From contig JAWMAR010000082.1 in the NCBI GenBank assembly GCA_036785375.1, forward strand, positions 2,604,001 to 2,668,000: a stretch of 64,000 nt of DNA, read 5' to 3'. Numbering within the stretch: the stretch's first letter is position 1; every line of letters starts with the position of its first letter. Below, in pieces: positions 37,832 to 49,420 of this stretch. This DNA comes from Leucoraja ocellata (taxonomy: Eukaryota). The position numbers and the translations under genes are program-made. A model generated the notes under the pieces. That model saw nothing but the letters and a program-made list of their open reading frames with translations. It did not search any database and was not told where the DNA came from.

Positions 37832-38823
37832 TAAGCTACAGTCTGTTCAGTTGGCTTCAAATGACTAATAATAGCTATAGACCTTGCTGAGTACATTTCA
37901 GACAGAAATAAGGTCAGTGTATGGATAATGTGCACCATTGGGGCCCTTATGACAGAAATTGATATAGCAACCAAAGTTTCGCCCTCTAAATCATGTGGCA
38001 CATTGTTGGTGATTGCCCACTCACTGGATTCACTACTGCATGTAAAGTGTACAGCCACAGTGGATGTTTTTGCAATTTGGCAGATTGAATGAGCCGTCAG
38101 CTAGTGATGCAGAAACGACAGAGGGGACGCTCCACGAACACTGACCTCATTATTAAATGTAAAATACTTTATAACATTAGGAAACAAGCAGCTCATTTAT
38201 TTTGGTCAAAGACCTTTCTCATAACATTAATCTGGTTCTTTTGTTTTAAAGCTCTGAGGAAGAGCTGAGGAATTAGTCATGTCTTAAGGGAAAAGCCGTC
38301 CCCAACCAGCATACAGTGTTGTAGGGGAAATCCAGCTGCATAACTCTCCGAGTTTCATTTGCATCTAAACTTGCATTAGTGCAGAGTCTTTAGATACAGT
38401 CAGGTGCAGACACCAAAAAAACACACACAGAAAAGGTGTGGCTGCAATGGTGTTAAAGAGCTAAATTCACGTAGCAGATTAGCGCCAGAGGCATGTGCAA
38501 GGTTAGGTTCTAGCTGCGGACGTAATTATCTGCCTTGCCAACAGTCATCTACAGTTGTCTCACACAAAGTATGGATACACACCTGCATGTTCATCCCATC
38601 ACATTCAGGATGTGTATGCAATCGCTCCAAAGGTCAGAAACTAAAAAACGCATGACATGGTGCTGGGTGCCACCCCGTCTTGCATCATGTTGCACCCCTT
38701 ATTTTAGGCACTGTTTGGGAGCTCTAAAGATCCACCATGTAAATTGTAGGTGCCATTGAATCTGGGCTGTGCAAATTGTAAATGAAAGTGTAAAACCTTA
38801 ACATGACTGGAAATCTTGAAATG

Positions 38824-39002
38824 AAGGAAATAGGCAACGTTTCGGGTCGAGACCCTTCTTCAGACTGAATCAGTCTGAAGAAGAGTCTTGACCCGAAACG
38901 TTGTCTATTTCTTTCGCTCCATAGATGCTGCCTCACCTGCTGAGTTTCTCCAGCATTTTTGTCTACCTTCGATTTTCCAGCATCTGCTGTTCCTTCTTAA
39001 AC
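38824..39002. mobile_element. Fold-back element with two head-to-head hammerhead-like cores
   Basis: Arms 38823-38868 and 38870-38915 pivot at CAGACTGA-A-TCAGTCTG. 15-bp TSD GGAAATCTT(G/A)AAATG at 38809-38823 and 39003-39017. Confidence 0.85.
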
Positions 39003-39074
39003 GGAAATCTTAAAATGTACAGTTCTCATTAATACCAGCGAGCAAAATTATTATTTTGTGGATATACATCATGG

Positions 39075-39367
39075 AAACATATCCGGCAACCCACCCAGTC
39101 CACACCATCAATCACCCGTTCACACTAGTTATATGTTATCTTACTTTCTCATCTACTCCCTACACATTATGGGCATTTATTTTTACAGAAGCCAATTTAC
39201 CTCCAAACCAGCGCATCTTTGGGATGAGAGGGGAAACCGGAGCATCAGGATGAAACCAGAGCGATCACAGGAAAAACGTGCAAACTCCATATAGGTAGCA
39301 CCCAAGGTCAGGATCAAACCCGGGTCTCTGCCACTGTGAGTCTACCACTGGCAACGGGGTGCTGCCC
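39075..39367 (-). mobile_element. V-SINE
   Basis: GTGCAAACTCCATATAG...GGATCAAACCCGGGTCTCTG...GTGCTGCCC. Confidence 0.8.
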
Positions 39368-40491
39368 TTGACAAATTTGTGAAACAAACCCGTCCCAGCA
39401 GGTTTGGTGGAAGTAGGTGGAGAGGATAGGGTGTGGAAGGATGCCATTTCAAGAGGAGTCTGATTTGTGAGTTTCAGAATGTGGCTCATGGCAACGCGAG
39501 CCGATTCAAAAGGGAAAGAAAATCACATGTTGGCAGACTCTCAGTCTCCCATAGTTTGAAATATTGCAAAGTGTCTGGTTATTTGGATTCATCTTGAAGA
39601 TGACTGCAGCCTATATCCTCAGAGAAAGAATGACATCAACGTGTTCTGTTTATTAATACAATAAAATGCCTTACATAACAAATTAAATAAGCATGTGACC
39701 TTGCTTAAAAAGAAATGCCTAGAAAAGTAGGTTGATTGCATAATCTGCCTCATACAAACCTTGCACTTGCCAGAAATCACTGGGGTGCTGGGAGGTCAAA
39801 TCAGTATTTTGCTAACATCTTTTTGCCAAATCTATTCTCCAGTATTATAATGAGTACTTAGTTACTTTGCCAACGCCAGATTCATAGTGACTCGTTGCGT
39901 ACTTTGTGCATCGTATGCAAAGACAACGAATTTCACTGTACCTGGGTACATGTGACAATAGAGTATCTTTGAATTGATACAGTGTGCAAGAAATTATTCA
40001 GCGCCTTGCTTTTTAAAATAGTTCAAAACCTATGGGGCCAGAGGATAAACTGGTTAAAGCAGATGGGATTCTTCACTTCTATGTCTCAGTCAATGAAACC
40101 AAGAGCAGGGAAGTCACATTGGAACTGTAAGAACTAGTAGTTAGGCCGCAGGTAAAATGCTGTGTACTGCTCTGATCATTCTGTAGGAGTATGACAGTCC
40201 TTGGCATCCAAGTAACAATTGACTGAGTGCACCATTGAGTAGCCTCAGCATATTTAATGTTCCTGACAACTAGAAGCCTTCACTGGCTGGAGTCGTACTG
40301 TTCGGACAGGACAATGGTTGTTGTAGGAGGACAATTGGCACAGGCAGGCTGGAGGGGCACAGTTGTACAGTTTGTAAAGATGCCATTTCACTATATCATT
40401 GATCCAAGTTCAATCCTGACATTGAAGTGGATTTCTCCAGCTGCTCCAGATTCCTCCCACATCCCAAACACGTGCAGATTGGTAGGCTACT

Positions 40492-40762
40492 TGTGTAAGA
40501 AGGAGCTGCAGATGCTGGTTTACACCAAAGATAGACACAAAATGTTGGATAAACTCATTGGGTCTTTCCTTAATCTTCGGTGCTAGCTTTGACTTGTCCT
40601 TTTCATTCCTTTAATTAAATTAGTTCTTTGTACATTTTCATACCACTAGTTTCCCTCTCCCTGACTCTCAGTCAGCAGGGTTTCGACCCGAAACGTCACC
40701 CATTCCTTCTCTCCAGAGGTGCTGCCTGACCCGCTGAGTTACTCCAGCATTTTGTGTCTATC
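40492..40762. mobile_element. Fold-back Penelope-terminus element nested in a V-SINE
   Basis: Inverted terminal arms with an internal Penelope UTR piece like 14170-14260. TTGGTAG on both flanks. Confidence 0.7.
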
Positions 40763-41114
40763 TTTGGTAGATTAAATGCCTCTCATGAATAAAATCTGGA
40801 GGTGGATGTGCATATAGAAAGAAACAGCCTCAGGGAAGTGGGTTGGGGATCAATCTGGGAGCTGGCTATAAACTCGCTGAAATGGCCACCTTATATGTTA
40901 TAGAGAAAATATGGTAATGATCTCAGTCCAAGCATAATGTTGCATGGCTTCCTCAGGCCCTCGCCATCTGCTCCTTCATCAATGACCTCCTCTCCAAGCG
41001 GCACACAATTCAATTCCATCTACTTTTCCTCATATATTAAATCACCTCTGCATGTTTGTGGCAAGATTGGACAACATTAATGCTTTGTGGCGAGTAACAA
41101 ACGTGCTACAAATG

Positions 41115-41260
41115 TTCTGGTTTGTAGGCTAATTGGCTTGTTAAAATTGTAAATTGTTCAGAGTGTTTGTAGGATAGTGTTAGTATGTCGGGATCTTGGT
41201 CGGTGCGGACTCGTTGGGCCAAAGGGCCTGTTTCCGCCCTGTATTTCTAAACTAAACTAA
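41115..41260 (+). mobile_element. V-SINE 3' half
   Basis: GTTTGTAGGCTAATTGGC...GGGCCTGTTTCCGCCCTGTATTTCTAAACTAAACTAAAC. Confidence 0.8.
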
Positions 41261-42829
41261 ACACAGCATTGCCAGGTAAGGGCCAGCACCAACACATAGT
41301 AGGACCATCTCCCTTTGGCATTCAATAGAATAACATCACCAAATCTCCCGCCCACCACTGAAATTCTGGGGGTGAGGTGGCGGAGTGGAATCATCACTGA
41401 TCAAAAGATTGACAGGGTCAGAAATAGAAACACTGTGGCTATAAGAGCAGGGCAAAGACCAGGTATTCCTAGGGATTTATCTGCTGATTACCAAAAGCAT
41501 TTCTGCTGTCTAGAGAGCGCAAATCAGTAGTGGGATGGAATAACCTTCTGGACGCAACTCCAACGCTTGACGTCATCCATTATAATAACAACCCATTCAA
41601 TCAGCACTGTATCCACCACCTTGAGCATTCACTCCCAGCTCACTGTGGTAGCAGCATGCACCGTCTACAAAATGCAGAGTACTGACTTATCAAAATATCT
41701 TATGTAGAATTTGGAAAACTTGACCCCTACCACAAGAAGAACAAGGTCAGCATGCACAAACCTCCATAATCGCAATCGCAAAGTTTATCACCAAGTCACA
41801 CAACATCCTGACCTCGAAACAAATTACCATGCGTCCATATCAATGGGCCACCATTTAGCGTGGTAGAGTTCTACGGCACAATAAGCAGCCTTTGGGCCCA
41901 ACGCACCGTGTTAACTAGGATGTCTTTCTGAGCTAGTCCCACTCGACAGCACTTGGCCCATAACACTGCCCTATCCATGAGCTTGTCTAAATGCCTTTTA
42001 AAAGTCATAATTATACCCAGATGCTGCCTACTCGCTGAGTTCCTCCAGCAGGTTGCTTTTTTTGCTCAAGATTCCAGCAACTGCAGTTTCATGTCTCTCC
42101 TATCGTTCATTGCTATGTGCAAGATGTAAATCATTACACCAAGTATGATTATTTTATTATTATTGGCAAGAATAAGATATGGTTCTTTCTCCATCAACAG
42201 TCATTAAAGAACATTCATTCTTTCAGGACCAAAAAAGAAAAAAAAAATCAGCTTTATCCATGTAAAGCTACGAAAATTCAGGATAAATGGCCTGGGTATT
42301 GGACAGCTACCTAACAAACAGCTTTAGTGCTCCAAACTGTGTTACATTCGAACAGGCCTTTCAAGAAAGTGGTCATTGGTTTCCATGAGTCATGGTCATA
42401 GAGTGAAGAAAATGATCCATTTGATGCAATAAAAATGCCCTGTTAATGAACCTTGCCTGTGATGGTAAAGTCAGTCATATTAGGTCACTATCACTGTGGC
42501 AATATGACTGTGGCTTTCTGCAGCAACTTGCAGCAATGATGTGTGAGAGACAGTAAAGAGCCCCACATTCTGACCCCGTCACTTGCTTTGTGGTTTCTGT
42601 TGAAAGGGGTTTGAGAAAAAAAAATCTGTGCTGTGGAATCATTAGAGTGCAAAACCTGGTCAGTACTCAACCGCGGACATTTACGAGAGCATTACAGCTG
42701 TAAATAAAGCAAGTAGCATATTCAAAGTCAAAGGCATGGTAAAGAGTTGGAGGAGGAAAGAAAACTATATATTAGACAATCTGGGAAATATATCCCTTTT
42801 GTTGTCAATTAATAGTCATAAACCCATGA

Positions 42830-43210
42830 GATTTTATTTGGAGGAGATCAAGATGAATGATGTGGAGTAGAGCAGTGGATGCTGTCTACATGGATTTTTG
42901 TAAGGCATTTAACAAGGGCCTTCATTGTAGGCTGATGCAGAAGGTTAAGATGCAATAATAGAAGACAGAAGATAGCAGTCGAAGGGGGTTATTCTGGCTG
43001 TAAACCTGTGACCTCTGATGTCCCGCAGGTTTTCAGTGTTGGGACTTGTGTTGCTTGTGATACTAAAACATTGGTGGGGTGGTTAGCAAGTTTGCAAGAA
43101 ACACAAACAGTTGTGGATTTGCAAACAATGAAGAAGGCTGTCAAATGATATAGATCAGTGACAGATAAGCGCAAAAAACTATCAGTTTAATCTGAGCACG
43201 CATGAGGAAC
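42830..43210 (+). mobile_element. Old CR1 RT fragment
   Basis: AVDAVYMDFCKAFNK-like coding and CCTGTGACCTCTGATGTCCCGCAGG (VTSGVPQG-like). Confidence 0.65.
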
Positions 43211-43654
43211 TTAAATCCACAGATTTAAACAATCTATTTTTAGATTGTTCTAACAAGCCGTTCCAATGAAGGACATTATTTCTGAAAGCTTAACTGTTTC
43301 TCTTTCAATGTTATCTGACCAGCTGAATGTTTCAAGCATTTTCTGTCTTTATTTCAGATTTCCAGCCTATGCATTTTTTTTTAATTTTCATTATGCATGG
43401 ATTTTGTTTTCCCCCAAAGTTGTACAATTCACTTGATTGTCACTCTGCAAATGATAAAGGACACGGATAGATTACAAAATGCAGCAAAATTCATTTAAGG
43501 GAGACCTATCTTAAAACAAGCTGTAAAGTGACCTTCAGAATGTACTCCACCGCTGCCACTAAATGTTGTGACACTAAGAGCTGTCTAAAAAAGACATGAG
43601 GCCGAGGAAGGGGCTCACTGCCCACAAAACCCTACATTCAGTGGTCTTCACTCG

Positions 43655-43750
43655 TTTGAAGAAGGGTCTCGACCCAAAACATCACCCATTCCTTCTCTCC
43701 AGAGATGCTGCCTGTCCCGCTGTGTTACTCCAGTTTTTTGTGTCTATCTT
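43655..43750 (+). mobile_element. Monomeric Penelope-terminus short element
   Basis: TTGAAGAAGGGTCTCGACCCAAAACATCACC...GTGTCTATCT. ATTCAGTG on both flanks. Confidence 0.75.
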
Positions 43751-45397
43751 GTATTCAGTGAGGTGTGTATGTCAGGTGGTGCATGCCAGGATTGTTGCTT
43801 GTGTAGGAGGCACCATAGAGAGAACTTGTTTGATTAGTCACATCAACCCACAACAAAAACCCTATTACTACCATTAGGACTGGTCACACCTCAATATCTA
43901 CAGTCACCACATTCATGACAAATGCCATTGTGCTCCAGTTACTTGTTCGAAATTATGGAGTACATTGGCCCTCAGGAAACTTGAAACATTTAAAATTTAT
44001 AACTTGTTTACTGCTTTGAGCAGATGTTGCTGGCAACCAGGAGCCTTGACAGAATCTGGATTAGAGATGTTCCAGTTAGGAAAAGTTGGCAATGGTCACT
44101 GGTTTTAAATCCTATTATCTTTGACCATAAAACCAAGCTCAGCCATAAAATGCACCTGGAAGATACAAATTTTCCTGCACGCAGTATGTTGGAAGTGAAT
44201 CGCAGGATAAGTTTCTCATCCTCAACTTCACATGCCTATATGTCTCTTTAATTTTTATACAAATTAATCCGCTTGCTACTTTGTTTGTAGTACCTATGGT
44301 GTCTCGTTGTTCCCCAACCCCACTCCCAGGTCAAGATCAGGAAATTATTTTTGTCTTAGAATCCAGCTAAACACTTTGTAAAATACCTTGAATAATAAGA
44401 AATTCCTGGCAATTAATCACCTTTAAACCTAAACATTGCCCTTTACCACCTCATTCTCAGCAGCCAATGGCACAAGAAGAGTGAAGGTTTCAATTATTAC
44501 TACAAATGATGACCAAACTGAATCTTGCAGGTAAATGTCAGCAGCTTCATGCTATTTATCCCCCTCAATGCAAGCAAGTTCAGGATTCATGCTTACTTAC
44601 TTACATCCGCGTGTGGAATCCCGAACTTGCTGACAGATTGCCGCTGGGTGAATTCTGCCTTATGCTCTGACACCAGTCTCCACATGAAGGCAGAACACAA
44701 ACTTGATGCGAGTCCCCTACACTTAGACTGGGAATCTGTTTAAGGATCCTGTGCCAGGATTTATCCGAGACCCCATTCATTGCCGTGGCGATGTTACAAC
44801 TGTATGGAACATGACAGACTATAACGCATGTTATCTATTATTTTTTATCTCAGTAGTATTGCCTTGATTATTTTGGCATTCTTAATCTTACTAATAATTT
44901 TCTAGTTAAAATTATTTAGCTCATTATTTAACAGATTTTGAAAGCATCCCAGAAGCTTTGCAGATTTGACAGATGGCTGATCAGCGGGGGGTGAGCATAG
45001 CAATCTGTCAAATTTTCCCCAGCAGTCAGTGGGTGGGCTTGCTCCGAGCCAACCATGTGACCCTGTTATGGCCTTTGACCTTGTTGATTAGGTCCAGGTT
45101 GCCCTCCACCAGCAAGTTCATCCTTATGGATGTGAACCAAATAAGTTCGGAGCGACGGGGAATCTGAGTGATGAACAGGGATCAGACCTTGTTTAGTGCG
45201 TTGGGTTAATATGGAACTAATCGTCATTTACTTACATCACACTTTTGACATTCTATTACTTGTCAACAAAAAACAAACAAAAAAAGACAAGAAAATTCTG
45301 CATTCTGAAGGATCTCTCATCAATAAAATCTTCTACAAGGATTTTATTTTTGTAAATTTGAATGCTGGCAATAGTTGATCCCGTTGGTCTTCAATAA

Positions 45398-45483
45398 TAG
45401 ACACAGAATGCTGGAGTAACTCAGCGGGACAGGCAGTATCTCTGGAGAAAAGGAATGGGTGACGTTTTGGGTCGAGACCCTTT
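45398..45483 (-). mobile_element. Monomeric Penelope-terminus short element
   Basis: Reverse copy. TTCAATAA at 45390-97 and 45484-91. Confidence 0.75.
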
Positions 45484-46027
45484 TTCAATAAGATTTATAT
45501 CCACATAATTCAGCATTATTGAAACAATTCTGTTCATATCCCTCATCCGAGTGCCAAGATTATTTGGAGATCCATTGTTGCAAACCACATTGGTAAATCA
45601 CTGTTCCAATGATAACAACGTCTGTTTATATTTAACATCTATGCGTTGGCCACAATTTTCATCTGATCACTATGTAAGCAACAACAAGCTTCATAACAAA
45701 TGTACTTCCCCAGTCTACACATGTACAGGCAGTTTTCATTTTAAACGCTTAAACGTTCTGCTTGATTTGGATTAAACAGTGACCATTATCCACCATTATC
45801 TACTAAATGCCACAGTTTCCTTCACTATTTTGCCTCCTAATCCTGTACCTCTTCAGTATTCACTTTTGTATTGTACCATCACTTCTTTTGTTTAACCCCT
45901 CCTGCATTGCATCCTTTTACATACTGTACCTTCCTCTTTGTTTTATCCCCCATTTCCTTTGCAGCAAAACATTTTTGTTCCATCATTAACTTTTTCTAGT
46001 TCTAATGGAAAGTTATTGAACTGAAAT

Positions 46028-46178
46028 GTTTAGTTTAGTTTAGTTTTAGTTTAGAGGTACAGTGCGGAAACAGGCCCTTCGGCCCCGACCAGCGATCCCC
46101 GCATATTAACACTATTCTACACCCACTAGGGACAATTTTTATATTTACCAAGCCAATTAACCTACAAACGTACATCTT
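46028..46178 (-). mobile_element. V-SINE 3' half
   Basis: (GTTTA)n tail, GGAAACAGGCCCTTCGGCCC, CCAATTAACCTACAAAC. Confidence 0.82.
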
Positions 46179-46534
46179 TGCATTAACTTGGTCACTCTCC
46201 TCTCTGCTGCAGCATAATCTGTTAAGTATTTCCAGCATTTTGTATTTTCATTTAATCCAAACCAGAGCAGTCTCATTATTGTCGTAAATATAGGATTCTT
46301 ATTCTTCAGAGACAGCTAGCTGTAGGCCAAGCAGATTCAACCCTTGTGTCAAGGCCAATACTCAGCAAATGCTTTATGGTTGACGACAGTAACGGGAGGA
46401 TTTTAGTGAAATGTATGTATGGTATCATAAGCCTTAATCTTGAGCAAGGTCTGCAGTGACACTGAAGTGAATTACATTGTCTCGAGAGATGGTTCAAGGC
46501 TCATTCAGCAACATTTATGATGCCAGATGCTTGA

Positions 46535-47200
46535 ATCATAGAGAATCTATGATACCGAAAGAGGCCATTTTTTCAGGCAGCTGTGGCTATGCAGATTAGA
46601 AAAGAGCAACTATCATCCTAATTCCACCTGCCAGAACAGAGTTTATAGAACAGGCTAGTGTCATGATTGTTCTTGCCTTTTTACCCTTCTGGGCAGAGAG
46701 TTTTAGACCAATACTGCCCTCTGCATGACATTGTTTTCTTATCTGCCTTCCACCTATTATTTATGGTCACTGGCTTGGCTCCTTCTGTCCTCCAGGCCCT
46801 ACAAATCTCTCCTATGCATCCCCTGCTGCAAAGAAAACAGTACTACAATCCAGGTAATATCCTCACAACCCTCATTTGCATCCTCTCTCATTCTAAGATA
46901 TCTTTCTGCCAGGAGCGATCAGATCATCTATTGTTCAAGCTGTGGCCCAATGGGTGGTGTTTACAATTCTTGCACAACCTCGCTGTTTTAATGTTCTATG
47001 TCCCATCTGAAATGAAAGCATCATGTTTGCCTTTTTAACCATCTTATTGACCAGTTCTGCCACCTTTAAAGATCTCTGGATATAAACTCCAAGGTCCTTT
47101 TATTTGCCCTCTCCACTCATTTCTTGCTTGCTGTATTTTCCTGAATGCTTTATCTCACATTCTCTAGTTTAATTTCCATTTGCTACTTTGCCCAATAGAT
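46535..47200 (-). mobile_element. Old CR1 3' fragment
   Basis: CATAGAGAATCTATG..GAAAGAGGCCATT tail, CAATCCAGGTAATATCCTCACAACCCTC. Confidence 0.5.
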
Positions 47201-49334
47201 TCCTTAATGTCAACCACAGCGATAATTGTTGTCCCATTAATAAACTGCTTTTATTATGCCCCATATTTAAGTTTTAAATTCTTGGCTCCAAGCACTTAAA
47301 ATATTCCTGCATTAATGCTGCTCCTTCAAAGTGCTCATCAGCAAAATCAGGATTTTTAAATTACATGCAGAATCAACCTTGCTAAGTCCGACTTTCTAAA
47401 GTTTCAAGTGGAATCCAAAATCGCTGTGTTCATGTTCTTCCCACTGAAGGTTTCTGAATGTGTCTGGATTATTGCCAGTGGTAACAGACATGATGAAGGT
47501 TGTTCTTCACTAGTAGGGATACACAACAAGGAGCAGCAGCTCCTTCCTTCAGACCTGAGCTACTTGAATACTTCACGCTGCTGCTGAGTATAAAGCAGCA
47601 GAAACCGTGGCTGACAGCAGGCAGTCTGCCCACGCTGCTGATGTGTGACACAATAGGAGAGAACAAAGTTGAAATATGCAAATAGACAGGCGCAGGATAC
47701 AAAATGCAAATACTTACTAAGTCCCAACTGCATCAAATGCAGAAAAGATTTGGAGTTGAACCCACAGGCGTCACCTGGATGATATCTAAAACCATAGCTG
47801 ATTAAGGAACAAAGACACACTCTTCACTGCAGCGACTATCCACGTTCTGAATTATTTCATATCTCAGCGATCATCTGTCCAAAATGACTCATGTATGCAA
47901 AGAACACCATGTCAAAAAAAGAATCAGGCACACATCAACACTGAACCAGAAGAAGCATGTTACACCAGTGAAAGCAATTGATGGAGAGATACTGACATGA
48001 AAAGTGTTGGAAATCAAAGGCGCGATCTTCCATTCACCAGCGTAATATTCCTTGTGGCTAAACCCTTTGTGCTTCAATATCAATAAAAACACAGAAAAAA
48101 AAATGTGTGATAGGTATAAGATTCAAATGGTTAGAAAGCACTCAAAGCTACAATCAGCATAGCTCTCGGGCTAAAATGAGAGAGATGAGAGATCTCTCAG
48201 TGAGGGATCAGTAGCTGTCACTGTTCTACACTTGGGTATCTTTACACAGCCATAGCTTGACCAGCTTCCCCCATACCTTCAGATCAGCCTGGGTCACTGG
48301 TGTCACTGCAGACAAATGAGGTTGGGGAAGTACTTGCAGCAATGTAGCTTTACTTAGAACCACAACAGTAACCCACATTGATATTAGTGACACAAAGGCA
48401 AATTCCTGTAGTGGTGAAAATCTGAAATACAAACAAGAAAATTCTTAAAAGCACTTAACTGGAAGATTTACAGGTCTTAATCATGCCCACAGAACAATGT
48501 TGTACGTCTTAGCCTTCATTGTAAGTGTGGTCAAAGGAGGACAGTTGAGAAGCACTCAGTGTTGAATGTTTGTATGTCTCTCGGTTCCTTCCATACCTGC
48601 TCTCAATGCTAAGCCCAGCGACGGAATAGTGCTGGGGAAAAGGTCAGGATGTTCTCTGCACTAAGCTTTACTAGAGAGGGCTGGTGCAGCAATATTGGCT
48701 TCCTCCAATATTTTGGATCTATTTTTGACTATTTTCCTTCTTTACATACCCCTTTTAGTACAGTTGGGTGCGTAGGTCTGATTGACCAGCCCACCACATC
48801 TGGCAGATGTGCAGCGGGTATAAGTGTTGGTGTCAATGAATCAGTGCAGGAGGTGCGAGCCAGCCCATGGGTGGGGTCATAAATTATTCATCATTCCTGA
48901 TGAGAAGTTACTTCTGCTTCTTTCTTTACAGATGCTGCCTGACTTACTGTGTAACCACAATTGGTGAAGGTTTTTAATGTTTGCTGCTGGCAACTTAAAA
49001 TAATTGCCATGTCATGAGTTTTGTGAAAGACTATTGTGCATGAATTTACTTTAACTTATTACATAGTTATATTCAGAGATGAGACGTGCAGTGCTGGAGA
49101 GGAATTTTATAGCCCAAGGAATGAGTTGGGCAAGATGCTAAAATATATAACGTTAATAAAATATTAAAACATATTCCTGAGCCAGGAGCATTTTGGGAAT
49201 GTTGGTATTTTGTGAAAGGTTTGTGCACCTTGTGATTTTATATGTTCTAGCACCAGCCAGCTGAGTTCACCATGCATCGGGATGACTGACTGATGCGCTG
49301 CAGTGCCCGGGGAGAAGGTAATTTCACTTGCATG

Positions 49335-49420
49335 CTCCCCTCTCCCATCAGGCAGAAGATACAAAAGCCTGAAAGCACTTAACACCAAATTCAGGAACAG
49401 CTTCTTCCCCACTGTCAGAA
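49335..49420 (+). mobile_element. Rex1/Babar-type LINE C-terminal fragment
   Basis: PLPSGRRYKSLKALNTKFRNSFFPTV. Confidence 0.7.

Larger units (their letters stand above)
40255..41850 (+). mobile_element. Fragmented ancient CR1/L2-type LINE interrupted by SINEs
   Basis: HWLESY..RTMVVVGGQ at ~40280, CCTTCATCAATGACCTCC at ~40975, and downstream blocks similar to 57270-58180. Confidence 0.55.
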
